Part shown: in pieces, positions 16,572 to 26,498 of the stretch
Layout: the number at the start of each line of letters is the position of its first letter
Position numbering within the stretch: position 1 is the stretch's first letter
From: a virus
Lineage: Duplodnaviria > Caudoviricetes
Strand: one strand, 5' to 3'
IMG/VR virus record: IMGVR_UViG_3300020045_004406
Span: 1 to 46,512 of that record
Length of the DNA: 46,512 bases
Position numbers and translations under genes: made by a program
The notes under the pieces: generated by a model
What the model saw: only the letters and a program-made list of their open reading frames with translations
Database searches by the model: none
Told to the model about the DNA's origin: nothing

Positions 16572-16748
16572 ATGTCACTGTTGCATGTAACGAAGGACGG
16601 ATTTTGCGCGTATTGCGGCGCCAAACAGCAATTGTGTGAGGTTTGCCAAGGATTTTTTCATAGCAGAAACCGGCGCCACAAGATTTGCAGCGACCGATGC
16701 AGAACCAAAAAGGGGAGAGATAAAAAGCGGGTTACTGAGGTCGAGTAA
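16572..16748 (+). CDS. Small double Zn-finger basic protein (possible regulator)
   Basis: CAYC, CEVC...F, CSDRCR; AGGTGG RBS; antisense to the late operon. Confidence 0.65.
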   Translation: MSLLHVTKDGFCAYCGAKQQLCEVCQGFFHSRNRRHKICSDRCRTKKGRDKKRVTEVE

Positions 16749-17237
16749 CTATTTGGGCTGGCAATAATCCGGCTGTGATCTGGCGATAGCCTCAGCCTGA
16801 AGCGCATTATACCCAGCCGTTATTTCTTTGATTTGAGTCTTTAGGCGTAAAACAGTTCGTCCAGCGTCTTCTCCAAGTTCGGCGCCGGTTTCTTCAGATG
16901 CTCCGGCAACGGAGTTGGCACCGGACACTGGACAGGAGGCTTTGACGCGCACCCGAGGCCAGCAAGACTTATCAGCATAACAAGTGCGTAGCTTTTCCAG
17001 TTCTTCATCATCTTTCGCCCTCTGTTCAAAATATTGTTGTGCCCTTAATGTTGTTTCTGTCGCTAGCTTACGCTCTTTCGCTATCAGGTCTTCGCCAGCT
17101 TTGATTTGAGCGTCTTTAGCCTTAATCTCTATCGCCAATGCACCGTTAGCTTGAATCTGCTTGTAAAGGCCAAATGAGGCCAAGCCAAGTAGCGCAGTTA
17201 AAATACCAATCGCTATCAGTAAAGGTTTGCTAATCAT
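16749..17237 (-). CDS. rz: i-spanin (Rz-like)
   Basis: N-terminal TM helix, coiled coil, RVRVKASCP; contains a nested lipoprotein ORF. Confidence 0.85.
   Translation of the reverse strand: MISKPLLIAIGILTALLGLASFGLYKQIQANGALAIEIKAKDAQIKAGEDLIAKERKLATETTLRAQQYFEQRAKDDEELEKLRTCYADKSCWPRVRVKASCPVSGANSVAGASEETGAELGEDAGRTVLRLKTQIKEITAGYNALQAEAIARSQPDYCQPK
16841..17011 (-). CDS. rz1: o-spanin lipoprotein (Rz1-like), embedded
   Basis: Signal peptide with lipobox-like GLG-C and Pro-rich mature part, fully nested in Rz. Confidence 0.82.
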   Translation of the reverse strand: MMKNWKSYALVMLISLAGLGCASKPPVQCPVPTPLPEHLKKPAPNLEKTLDELFYA

Positions 17238-18454
17238 AATCCCACCGATGTTAGTCCTGCTGAAGTTAATCCGATGGACGTAATTCCTGCCGATGTTAGC
17301 CCAATATCAACTGATTCGTCAGAAATTTCCTGCACACCAAGAGAGCCCCACCCATCTGTAAAATTGCCGACATACGCCGTAAATTCTGTAACCCCTTCGT
17401 CAGCATCAAAAGTTCCATCGTTATTGACAACTACAGTCCCGGTGCCAACGATATCACCATAATCAATAATATCACCAGATTCTATATCTGGCGTTGATGT
17501 GATGCGATTATCAGCCGTTGTATTGGGAGTGCCAATAGTTACTCGACTGTACTCAGAATGGCTAGTAAGTAACATCACGCTCGACGTTGTGCGATTGCCT
17601 GCGGCATCTTTAATCTGCGCCCACGCTTTCAAAAGTGATGCAGTAGCAAGCCCGGTTAAATTATCCGTTTTCAGTGTCGCTGCGGTGATTGAAGTAGCCG
17701 CAGCATCGAATGTTGCGTCTGCTGGCTGTGACGCTCCCGATGCTGTGACGACGGTTGAACCGGTGCCGGATTCGTTGCTGGTGTAAGTAACAGAAGCCGT
17801 GGTTGATCCGGTTACGCTGTTAGTCGGACCAGTGCTAAATGTTGGCGGGGTTACATCGGGACCGGCAATCTCACCGGTAACCTGGAAATTTGATGTTTGG
17901 GTTCCTGTGCCGCCGCCAGATGCAATAAAGAATGCAGGTGCACCGGTGGAAAGCGCAAATGCAATTACTGATGGCTGTGTACCAACTATTGACCCGTTTT
18001 TCCTAAACGTGAATGTAGCAGTAGTCGTAACCCATGTTGCCTCAAGCGTGAGTACGTCGCCATCGGCAAAATAAGCGTCCGATTGCGCAGCAAGAATAGT
18101 GACAGGTACCTGGACGCCAGCGACAGTTCTAATAATCTTTAGATCGTTATTATTTGCCCCAACACGGGTGATAGTAAATCGCACGTTGTTACTTGCGTCA
18201 GTGTGCAGGATGTACATGTCGATGCGGGTTGTTGTATTGACGAATTCTACAGCAGTGCCGCCTGCCGCCTTGATTGTGATAGATAGAGACTGAGCCTTAT
18301 CGATTGCACCGTTGTATTTGATGAGATTGGTGGTGCTATTGGATATCTGTTTTAGAAATCCAAGGGCGTCAACCATGGTGTTGCTGCTGCTTTGCGACAA
18401 CCTTGCATCAGACAGAGGATTTTGATTGGGTGTAAACGTAATATTTACTGTCAT
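17234..18454 (-). CDS. Thr/Ser-rich beta-sandwich (lectin/Ig-like) putative virion protein
   Basis: Beta-rich sequence, DVTPPTF...DAAGN Ig-like signature, C-terminal GLTS repeats; TAATG coupling to the upstream gene. Confidence 0.55.
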   Translation of the reverse strand: MTVNITFTPNQNPLSDARLSQSSSNTMVDALGFLKQISNSTTNLIKYNGAIDKAQSLSITIKAAGGTAVEFVNTTTRIDMYILHTDASNNVRFTITRVGANNNDLKIIRTVAGVQVPVTILAAQSDAYFADGDVLTLEATWVTTTATFTFRKNGSIVGTQPSVIAFALSTGAPAFFIASGGGTGTQTSNFQVTGEIAGPDVTPPTFSTGPTNSVTGSTTASVTYTSNESGTGSTVVTASGASQPADATFDAAATSITAATLKTDNLTGLATASLLKAWAQIKDAAGNRTTSSVMLLTSHSEYSRVTIGTPNTTADNRITSTPDIESGDIIDYGDIVGTGTVVVNNDGTFDADEGVTEFTAYVGNFTDGWGSLGVQEISDESVDIGLTSAGITSIGLTSAGLTSVGL

Positions 18455-19308
18455 TAGCTTACACCCCAAAGATTAGTTGTTGAGATTTCAAAATTATCAA
18501 TATCCAAATAATCTGCTATGGAATTGACCGCATTGCGGGCACCGAACAAATAACCACGGTTAAAGCCCTGCCATACCTCCTCATTGTATAGCCCAAGCTC
18601 TAAATTGCGCATGAGCAATAAACCATCTTTCCATATCTCTAGCACACCATCAGCAGCAGCGCCGTAATAATTGGTGTTGTCTCCTGCGCCCAAATACGTA
18701 GCAGCTTTTACATGAACAATGAACTGGCGAGAAACCCCTTTATCAGCAACAACAATCCCATTTGGGCAAATCGCTTCATTTGCCCCGTTATAATCAATGA
18801 TGTTGACGTTTGCCGACGTAAACCCGTGGATTCTTGGTGCAATAAAACTACCGCCGTCACCGTTTGAATGAGGATTAAGCTCCAGGCTAAACAGCATTTC
18901 CCCGGGTGCGTTATATCCATCGTTTGCACTTGTGCCGTTGGTGTTAGACCACAGCATAATATGCCCTTTATTGTTGTCACTGCCACCGTCTGGCTGATGG
19001 TTATAATCTGGGGATACATACAAATCGTATTTAATCCACAATTCCTTGTATTTATTTGTACCAAGCGTGAATCTTTGTTCAGCCATATTTGCCGAAGCTG
19101 GATACGCTATTCTTAATTTTTGAGATACGACAGACGAGTTATCGGATGATCCCCACGCGAATCCATTGCCTGTTTTACTCAAGTCTCCAGACGAAAAATC
19201 ATCGAAGAAAATTGATTGTAGCGGTACTTTTGTGGGATCGGAATATCGCCTGCCATCCCATGCTGATGGCAAAGGCCAGCTTTTAGCAAGCACATTTTTG
19301 GCGGCCAT
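18454..19308 (-). CDS. Jelly-roll polysaccharide-lyase-like or ConA-like protein
   Basis: FFDDFSSG...ELWIKYDLY...K...DGVLEIWKDG...IDNFEIST pattern. Confidence 0.55.
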   Translation of the reverse strand: MAAKNVLAKSWPLPSAWDGRRYSDPTKVPLQSIFFDDFSSGDLSKTGNGFAWGSSDNSSVVSQKLRIAYPASANMAEQRFTLGTNKYKELWIKYDLYVSPDYNHQPDGGSDNNKGHIMLWSNTNGTSANDGYNAPGEMLFSLELNPHSNGDGGSFIAPRIHGFTSANVNIIDYNGANEAICPNGIVVADKGVSRQFIVHVKAATYLGAGDNTNYYGAAADGVLEIWKDGLLLMRNLELGLYNEEVWQGFNRGYLFGARNAVNSIADYLDIDNFEISTTNLWGVS

Positions 19309-19790
19309 TATTTAAGCTCCTGTGCGCGAGCGATGCAGAAATCAACGTCATGACCTTCAAATAGGTATTTTTCAGCGAGGCGACGGCGGGCAAGGCCTAG
19401 CATCACTTTGCCATCGTTTTTATTCCACCGAAGGAATTGAGCTGCTGCGCCTTCAAAGTCGCCAGAGTTGATCATTTTTAGCAGGGTGGATGATGATAGG
19501 GCGCCAGTGCCAATGTTATAGGCAAGGCACACAAGCGCATCGAATTGGCTTTGGTTTACTGGTATGCTTAACAAGCTGCCAACTCCAGCAGAAAACTTGT
19601 CAGCGCTTTTTTCCAAAGCTGCATCTGCCTGTTCCTGAGTCCAGATTAGGCCTTTAATTACCTCCTTGCCAGTATGCCCCCAGCCTATTGTCCAAGGGTT
19701 TCCATCTGCACTGCCAGGATCTGGATAAGCCTGCAATTTGCACGACTCGAAATACTTTTTAAGCCTAAGTCCGTTAGTTGATATTTTCAT
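19308..19790 (-). CDS. Endolysin, GH24 phage lysozyme
   Basis: FE...AYPD...WTIGWGHT, QFDALV.LAYNIG, WNK..GKV..GL.RRR.AE; start MKISTNG. Confidence 0.95.
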   Translation of the reverse strand: MKISTNGLRLKKYFESCKLQAYPDPGSADGNPWTIGWGHTGKEVIKGLIWTQEQADAALEKSADKFSAGVGSLLSIPVNQSQFDALVCLAYNIGTGALSSSTLLKMINSGDFEGAAAQFLRWNKNDGKVMLGLARRRLAEKYLFEGHDVDFCIARAQELK

Positions 19791-19977
19791 CTTTCTTTGC
19801 CTCAAGAAATTTCTGTACACCATTTCCGGCAATGTAGGCGGCTGCCGTAAGGCTGATCACAGTTACAAATTCACCGCCGCTTATTTTACCAAAAACAGTG
19901 AGCAGTATTGATGCATTGACACACCAGCAGGTAAGCAGAAATCGCCTGCCTCCGAGGTCATTAATCGTTTCGCGCAT
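19774..19977 (-). CDS. Holin-like two-TM protein
   Basis: GRRFLL followed by two hydrophobic helices and a charged tail; immediately upstream of the endolysin. Confidence 0.65.
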   Translation of the reverse strand: MRETINDLGGRRFLLTCWCVNASILLTVFGKISGGEFVTVISLTAAAYIAGNGVQKFLEAKKDENIN

Positions 19978-20236
19978 CTTCAATTTTCCTGCGAAGCAAT
20001 TCTATTTCAAGTTCATTTTTTCTCATAGTTACACGATGCTCTCGGTTTTGCCTGAGCTGTGTACAGATGTGCGCGAAGATCATAACAAGCGTGAGAATAA
20101 ATGCGGCAAAGGCAGAGGCTTTTACCATGTTTGCATCGACCCATCCCCATGCAGTTGCAAGCCATGTAGCTATTGATCCGCTAGCGGTTATTGTCGCTGC
20201 TTTTTGACTTAGGATTATTTCGGCGGCTTTGCTCAT
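19961..20236 (-). CDS. Holin/antiholin-like membrane protein
   Basis: Hydrophobic helices and a basic C-terminal tail in the lysis cassette. Confidence 0.6.
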   Translation of the reverse strand: MSKAAEIILSQKAATITASGSIATWLATAWGWVDANMVKASAFAAFILTLVMIFAHICTQLRQNREHRVTMRKNELEIELLRRKIEDARND

Positions 20237-20688
20237 TTAGATACCACGCCCACATTTTTATCCCCGCTATTAGTGCGGCGGAGAAAACGAGTGTGCCAAA
20301 TAGTATCTCCATGCAGCCCTATCCGCGAGATGAGTAGCGCCAGAATGACGCACTGATAAAGCACAACCAGTGAATTGAAATTCTGTAGGCTGGCTTCGGC
20401 AATATACAGCCTCCATCCAAAATAGTGCATTACAATGGATAACAGGGAGAGCGGTATTAAAAAATAGGTTATTCTTGATTTCAAACACCCATTTAAGCAT
20501 GCAAGTAATGCTATCACCAGAACATCACCAACGGCGCCCAGCATAAAGATTTGAGCGTCATTAGTTGTGATCAGTGATACAAAATTAAATGCATGAGCAA
20601 CAAGGCAATACATCAGAGACGGCAACCTGTCATTCCCGCGAATGAAAACAGATACAAGAGTAAATGAAATCAAGAAAAACTCATTCAT
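20233..20688 (-). CDS. Multi-pass (about 5 TM) membrane protein
   Basis: Repeated hydrophobic segments. Confidence 0.7.
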   Translation of the reverse strand: MNEFFLISFTLVSVFIRGNDRLPSLMYCLVAHAFNFVSLITTNDAQIFMLGAVGDVLVIALLACLNGCLKSRITYFLIPLSLLSIVMHYFGWRLYIAEASLQNFNSLVVLYQCVILALLISRIGLHGDTIWHTRFLRRTNSGDKNVGVVSK

Positions 20689-20690
20689 AG

Positions 20691-20849
20691 CTATTCGCTC
20701 GCTAGTTTTTCGTCGGCATCGGCATCAGTGTAGATTTCAATTTGATGCTGATCAACGATCACCAGCACCTTATTTTCGGTGACAGCATTTTGATCTGCTG
20801 TTCTGTTTCCTGTGCCGCCATCACGCGGACGTATAATAATTTGTGGCAT
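20691..20849 (-). CDS. 52-aa peptide (not in ORF track)
   Basis: MPQIIIRPRDGGTGNRTADQNAV...EKLASE; AGGAG RBS. Confidence 0.65.
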   Translation of the reverse strand: MPQIIIRPRDGGTGNRTADQNAVTENKVLVIVDQHQIEIYTDADADEKLASE

Positions 20850-20872
20850 TTTACTCTCCTGAAATTTTAAGT

Positions 20873-23443
20873 TTAATTGACTGACCTACAGTTCTCATAC
20901 CAGTTATTTCCGTCAGAGCTGATTGTAAGTGTGTCATTTAGCGTAGTTACAAAGTCAGTAGATATTTGTATGGTTGATCCGCGAGTGACAGTTAATGCCG
21001 CAGCAAATATCAATGTTACAGTGTTTCCAGAATGCCCCATAGGATCTATGGTTGTAATATTGGTTGTTCCTGTAACCCTAACAAAGCGCTGTCCTGTGGG
21101 GATCTTTATTGTTGCTGCACTGGCAACAGCTATTAAAGCGGGCTCATTAAACGACTCGCCAATAACTCCACTTAAGATATTGTCTCTATATTCACGCATG
21201 GCGCTAGTGCCTGCAAGCCGTATTGCGTACTCCTCAGCATTCAAAAGAAGGTTGCCGGTTACTGAGTGTGTTGACTGGGTTCCAGATGCTATGAACAAGC
21301 AGTATCTGGTGGTTCCGGTCAGCCCATAAACAGAATTGTTTCTAACAGTTAAGTCATCAGTAGTCGCCGAGTAAATACCATAATCATCAGTGGCAAATCC
21401 TCCCGTGGCCGGATTTCTTATTGTATTTGATGAGATCTCAACTCCGGTATTGGTTGATGAATAAATTGCAGTCTTATATGTGTCGTTAATATTATTTAGC
21501 GAAACCTTAACTCTTTCGCAGTTGGTAAAGGAAATACCATTTGATGTTTCGCAATGAGTGATTTGATTGCTGCTTATAGTTAAATCCTTAATATAGCGTA
21601 AATTAATCCCCAGTCCTACATTAACTCCATTGATATTATTGTTAGATATAACCACGTTTTCCGCATAAAGCGGAGTTCCGCCCGGCGTTACGTTGTAAAC
21701 AATAATTGCATCCCCGCCAAGATTGGCGCAATCAAATATGCTGTTATTGGAGATGTTGATATTTTTAACGCTTCCGCCGAATGATGTATAATACTGGACT
21801 TTAATTCCATTTCCATCCGCCGTCTTAATAACATTGCCGGTTATATTTAAGTCCCTTACTGCGGTGTCGACGTATATTCCGTGTTCGTTAATAATGTTGT
21901 GTATGTTGTTATTTGCTAAAATAACACGCTGGGAGCCTTCAGCAATAATAAAGCCCTGAGCGACTTCGTATATTTCATTTTCCGCACAAATAACCCCATT
22001 ACCTAAAATGGTTGCTCCTGTGCAGTTCCTTCTATTTATGTCTACGCCTAAAACTGAAGACCCTGGGCCTATTACTGTATTTCTGCAAAATATTACATTC
22101 TGAGCTTCGGTTAAAACCGAAAGCGGGGAGTACCAAAAGTTTTCAAATTTGTTATTGAATATGCATATATTTGATGCGCCGCCTGCCTTTATAGCAATCG
22201 CCCTTGAGGATGATGAATTTGTAAATGATGCCTCAGATTTTCCAACAAAGTTACCATTAAAAATATGGACATTATTTGACCCTGAGCAATCGAAAACCTC
22301 CCTCTGATCGCTTGTCTGCACTATTCTTGAACCGTTAAGATTAATGCGCCTATTTGATGAAACAATAACCTTGTCGCTAAAGTTGTATATTGATCCGCTG
22401 GCGCCATTCACCGAAGAAAAGGCATCTACTGCGCGCTGCCAAGCTTGGTAATCGTCATTAATGCCATTCCCATACGCTCCTGCGTGCTCAGGATTAAAGA
22501 TTGATGCGTTTATTCTTTTAAAATAAACCCCAGCGGTAGCGCTTGCAAAAGTTGCTGCGTTATCAGGAGTTACTACCCCCGATAACGCCAGTAACTGACC
22601 GCCTCCCTTGTCTGTTCCAGAGTTGTATTCTTTCAGGTAGTAAACCTGCCCAGCAACTGGAGCTGTGGCAGATAGGACGGCTACACTGTCTATATTAAAA
22701 CGTGGAGCCTTCAAATCAAGTGCTGACTGCTGAGCAGTAGATATCGGCTTATTTACATCGCTGGTATTGTCAACATTGTTTAATCCAAGATCTGTTTTGT
22801 GCTCAGACAATGTTCTTCTGCTGGCGGTATTGTCTGAATTTAGGCGAACATACCCAACTGATGCAGCGTCATCTATTGAGATTACCGAATTACCAGCATC
22901 AGTTGGCACAACACCGTTTTTTAACCGTGTTCCAGATTCGCCATCCCATACAGCAATAGCTCCATCAATAGATGGGGTTTCAGAAGACTCAATACTGTAA
23001 CTAGTAAGAACGAATACGCCATCCTCTGTTGGGAATTCCTCGCCAACACCATTACGATAATTTTGTACATCAGCGGGGTTATCAAAGTCTGCGGGAGCAG
23101 GAACAGTAGGGGAAAAATATATAATGCCATCATGTGACATTTTTGGTATATCAGCACCCCAAAGCAGAGAGCCCCCGCCAGACTGTCCATTAGGTGCAAA
23201 TGAATTTAGGTGAAATTGCTGGCGGTTTTCTACCTGATCGAAATCGAATGACGCAAAATCAGTAATGTCATCAATTGGAATTACCTTTGCCTTATCTCTT
23301 TCCGCAAGAGTCTGAGATTTCCACACACCAACACTCTCATCAAACACCAATACCTTATCAATTGGCTCGCTTTGAGCATTGGTTATAGCGTCTAAGACTG
23401 CTATTTCTTTTGTCTGTATTGGAAAGCTATTTATCTCGCCCAT
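20873..23443 (-). CDS. Tailspike / depolymerase with right-handed beta-helix
   Basis: GAYGNGINDD...AWQRA cap, many I.NN.I beta-helix rungs, LGLNNVDNTSD.NKPIS fibre motif. Confidence 0.85.
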   Translation of the reverse strand: MGEINSFPIQTKEIAVLDAITNAQSEPIDKVLVFDESVGVWKSQTLAERDKAKVIPIDDITDFASFDFDQVENRQQFHLNSFAPNGQSGGGSLLWGADIPKMSHDGIIYFSPTVPAPADFDNPADVQNYRNGVGEEFPTEDGVFVLTSYSIESSETPSIDGAIAVWDGESGTRLKNGVVPTDAGNSVISIDDAASVGYVRLNSDNTASRRTLSEHKTDLGLNNVDNTSDVNKPISTAQQSALDLKAPRFNIDSVAVLSATAPVAGQVYYLKEYNSGTDKGGGQLLALSGVVTPDNAATFASATAGVYFKRINASIFNPEHAGAYGNGINDDYQAWQRAVDAFSSVNGASGSIYNFSDKVIVSSNRRINLNGSRIVQTSDQREVFDCSGSNNVHIFNGNFVGKSEASFTNSSSSRAIAIKAGGASNICIFNNKFENFWYSPLSVLTEAQNVIFCRNTVIGPGSSVLGVDINRRNCTGATILGNGVICAENEIYEVAQGFIIAEGSQRVILANNNIHNIINEHGIYVDTAVRDLNITGNVIKTADGNGIKVQYYTSFGGSVKNINISNNSIFDCANLGGDAIIVYNVTPGGTPLYAENVVISNNNINGVNVGLGINLRYIKDLTISSNQITHCETSNGISFTNCERVKVSLNNINDTYKTAIYSSTNTGVEISSNTIRNPATGGFATDDYGIYSATTDDLTVRNNSVYGLTGTTRYCLFIASGTQSTHSVTGNLLLNAEEYAIRLAGTSAMREYRDNILSGVIGESFNEPALIAVASAATIKIPTGQRFVRVTGTTNITTIDPMGHSGNTVTLIFAAALTVTRGSTIQISTDFVTTLNDTLTISSDGNNWYENCRSVN

Positions 23444-23454
23444 GACTTTATTTC

Positions 23455-24480
23455 CTAAAGATCTAGCAATCTTGTTACTTTAATATACCCACACTGAACT
23501 CTGGTGGCGTTTGAAGGCGTAAGCGTCCCCTGCGCCCAAGTTATGCAGATTCCAGTTCCGGCACTATTATTTACCATTCCCTTAAACTTTAGTGAATTAT
23601 TTGATGATGTGCCGGGGTATACCAAAACGGATGTGCCTAGATACTTGTTATATGAGTCTGCCGTTGTTATCCCGCTCTCTACATGATCCCAAACTCCAGC
23701 AGTTGCAGGAAAACCGAAGGCATCTCCGTTTGTTTTAACTATCTCTGCATATATTCCATTTACACTACTACCCTCTGTAGTAAAGTGCATGTAAACCTCT
23801 ACCTCATACCACCCAGCAGATAATGCAGAGATAGATAGGTCAGGATCAATGCTCGTGACGTTTGTTACTTTGTCTATTGCTGCCGTCCTTAATGATGTGC
23901 TTACTTTTGGGTTTGTCTGGTATATCAATGGCACTAACGAATCTGCCAATTCCTGCCCATCAACATCAAGTGAAATCTGGTCTCCATCATCAGACCATGT
24001 AAAATAATCAGCATTGGATGTGAATGTAGATGCAACTGGGATAGGTATAACCTCCCACTCGCCAGGTGAAGAAATAGGATCACTTCCTAAATTGTTGTCG
24101 CCGACAGATCGATACCAATTACCATTGGAGCCTGTGACTATTTCGCCCTCATTATACGTTACAATTTCACTGTAAGGCCCAAACGGGACTATAGGGTTGT
24201 CCTGCCCAACATTATCGATAGGCCACCCAGACTGAACGATGTTTTGCGCACTTCTTAACTCAACACGATATAGCCCATCAAGAAATATAGGGGGAAACGT
24301 TCCGCTTGAATCCGCTATAACAGGGTTGGCGTTTGGCGTACCTCCAGCCTTAGTTGTGAATGTAGCCTTTGGAGTGGTAGACCCAGCCGCAAAGAAATAC
24401 AGCCTAGCCCCAGGAAGCGACCTGATATTTAAATCAAACACTCGCATCTGAGGATTAAAGAACCGCTCTAGTGATGGCAT
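23455..24480 (-). CDS. Tail protein with particle-binding N-terminal domain
   Basis: GARLYFFAAGSTTPK...NANPVIADSSG is typical of podovirus tailspike anchors. Confidence 0.7.
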   Translation of the reverse strand: MPSLERFFNPQMRVFDLNIRSLPGARLYFFAAGSTTPKATFTTKAGGTPNANPVIADSSGTFPPIFLDGLYRVELRSAQNIVQSGWPIDNVGQDNPIVPFGPYSEIVTYNEGEIVTGSNGNWYRSVGDNNLGSDPISSPGEWEVIPIPVASTFTSNADYFTWSDDGDQISLDVDGQELADSLVPLIYQTNPKVSTSLRTAAIDKVTNVTSIDPDLSISALSAGWYEVEVYMHFTTEGSSVNGIYAEIVKTNGDAFGFPATAGVWDHVESGITTADSYNKYLGTSVLVYPGTSSNNSLKFKGMVNNSAGTGICITWAQGTLTPSNATRVQCGYIKVTRLLDL

Positions 24481-26498
24481 TATTTTTCCTCAAGCTCTTC
24501 GGCTAATTGCTGAATTATTGCCGCATCATCTGCGGATGATTTATTTGCTACACCAGACAGCGCGCCTATTGCAGCGGCAGCATTATTTGAAGGAATATTT
24601 GCGCTTTGTGCAAGCCACTTAACAAAATTGGGATTGGACATTAATCTTGCTCCAGCCGTGTTCATTGCGATGCTTCCAGCAGTAAGCCCTAGAATTGTTG
24701 GGCTTGCACTCATTATGCCGGTAGCAAGACCTGTACCAGCAGCGATGCGAGATGCTGCCTGAGCCGTTCCGCTGTAGTTTGCTCCCTGCTTTGAAGACTG
24801 CTTAACAGTACTAGCAACCCGTGCAATCTTTGCAAGGTCATCACCATAGCTATCAAGCTTTTGGCTGCCCGAGAATAAAGCCTTTTTGGCAGATCCAAGC
24901 TTATCCCAATCAGTGACAAATTTATCAACAGAAAAAGCATCACCTTCGGCAGTTTGATTGCCAGATGTAGAGCGCCCCATTCTGCGGACTACATTAGACG
25001 CAACAACTTCCCACTCTTCAGGTTTTAGGCTGCGTTTTACTGCATTAATCGTTTGCGTTCCTTCACCACCCTTCGCTACTGCTTGGAATATTTTTTCAGG
25101 CTCGACTTTGGTTGATATTCTTTCAAGATAATCATCAATCCTATCGTGGCCGGTGCGCGTGTATTTATTTGCGCGCTCAAAAGCTTTTAGTGCGTCATCT
25201 CCCGAAGCAGATGCGGCGGTCTTAATATCTTGGGTCAATGCTCCGTACACACGCTTAAGCTCGGCGCGCGGGATGTCACTAACAAGCTCGTTGTTGCCAA
25301 TCTTTTGACCTATGGACGACCGAAGACTTTTAAGCGTAGAAAAATCAACCGTTGCTGACGGGTCATTGGCCATTTGATTTATCTTAACCAACTGCGCGTT
25401 ATCAAGCACATCGCCCCACTTGTCACCCCTAACAAGCTCCCCCAGAATAGCCTTTGTGTTATCAATTGAGACTTCCTGCGACTGGTCGATCATTGAGTCT
25501 GATTTATTCCATAAGACAGACGAAGTGGATCGAAATCGGTCAAGGAATCCGCCCTTTCCTTGAATGCCCTTTTTAATCTCAAGCCCTGCCGCCTCGGCGC
25601 CTTCTTTTGTGCTCAGTTCGTCAGCAATTGTGGCTAGTCTTTTTTGCATATTGGCCGCGATTGATTCTGATTTTCTCCTAAGCGCGCCGCCACCCATTAC
25701 ACTAGAGGATACCGTTTCAGCTGCTTGTAATGATGGTTTTCCGCTTGCCATACCAACTGTAGGAACCTCTCCGATAGATGCAAAATCATCAATAATTTTT
25801 GCACCACCACCAGACATAGGATTTCCAAATACTGATCTTAACGCCTCTTTTGCCAGTTGCGGAGCAAGAGCAACAGCAGCAGGAGCCGCAACAGCTCCAA
25901 TCATTGCGCCAGTATCGCCTCCGGCCTCTTGGCCAATAGCAGATCCGGCGCCAGACAATGCACCAAAACCAACATCCTGAGCCATTGTTGATGAACCCAT
26001 TTGACGCAATGCACCAGCACCTACAGATTCAGCAGATTGACCCATTGCTGGCAATGCCTGAGCACCAGCTCTTAAAGCACCCCCAATCGCAACAGAGGCT
26101 GGCACAGCTTCACCGGCAGAGCGCACAATATCACGCCCAAGACCTTGCTCCATGAAATTGCCTTGGGTGGCTGGAGCCAATGATTGAGTAAGCGAAGGTA
26201 CGCGCATATCAGAACCGGCAACCTCCATAGCAGCATTCACCGGAGTCATTGCGAAATCAACTATCCCAGCAGCACCACGATTTACGCCCGACATCATTTC
26301 CAGTGCTGCATTGCCATAGGCATTCAGTCCGCTAGCCGCCACCCCTCCAGCTTGTCTCAGAAGACCCTTTTCTTCAGGCTGCGAAACCTGATCAAATTCA
26401 CTATTGCGAATGGCAGCTGCGAACCTTTTTGCAGCGGCAACATCGCCAGCCTTGTCAGCGTTTCTAAGTGCCTGCTCTAAGCGCTCTTTCGTAGCCAT
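24480..26498 (-). CDS. DNA ejection / internal virion protein (large)
   Basis: AL.NADKAGD..AA..FA N-terminus, Ala/Gly-rich segments; P22-like gene order. Confidence 0.7.
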   Translation of the reverse strand: MATKERLEQALRNADKAGDVAAAKRFAAAIRNSEFDQVSQPEEKGLLRQAGGVAASGLNAYGNAALEMMSGVNRGAAGIVDFAMTPVNAAMEVAGSDMRVPSLTQSLAPATQGNFMEQGLGRDIVRSAGEAVPASVAIGGALRAGAQALPAMGQSAESVGAGALRQMGSSTMAQDVGFGALSGAGSAIGQEAGGDTGAMIGAVAAPAAVALAPQLAKEALRSVFGNPMSGGGAKIIDDFASIGEVPTVGMASGKPSLQAAETVSSSVMGGGALRRKSESIAANMQKRLATIADELSTKEGAEAAGLEIKKGIQGKGGFLDRFRSTSSVLWNKSDSMIDQSQEVSIDNTKAILGELVRGDKWGDVLDNAQLVKINQMANDPSATVDFSTLKSLRSSIGQKIGNNELVSDIPRAELKRVYGALTQDIKTAASASGDDALKAFERANKYTRTGHDRIDDYLERISTKVEPEKIFQAVAKGGEGTQTINAVKRSLKPEEWEVVASNVVRRMGRSTSGNQTAEGDAFSVDKFVTDWDKLGSAKKALFSGSQKLDSYGDDLAKIARVASTVKQSSKQGANYSGTAQAASRIAAGTGLATGIMSASPTILGLTAGSIAMNTAGARLMSNPNFVKWLAQSANIPSNNAAAAIGALSGVANKSSADDAAIIQQLAEELEEK

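Noticed and set aside
19977-19983. Lambda S-like Met-Lys-Met dual start in the holin-like gene
   Set aside because: The first codon is TTG only ~3 nt from AGGA; the ATG at 19977 has normal spacing, so a dual start is unsupported.
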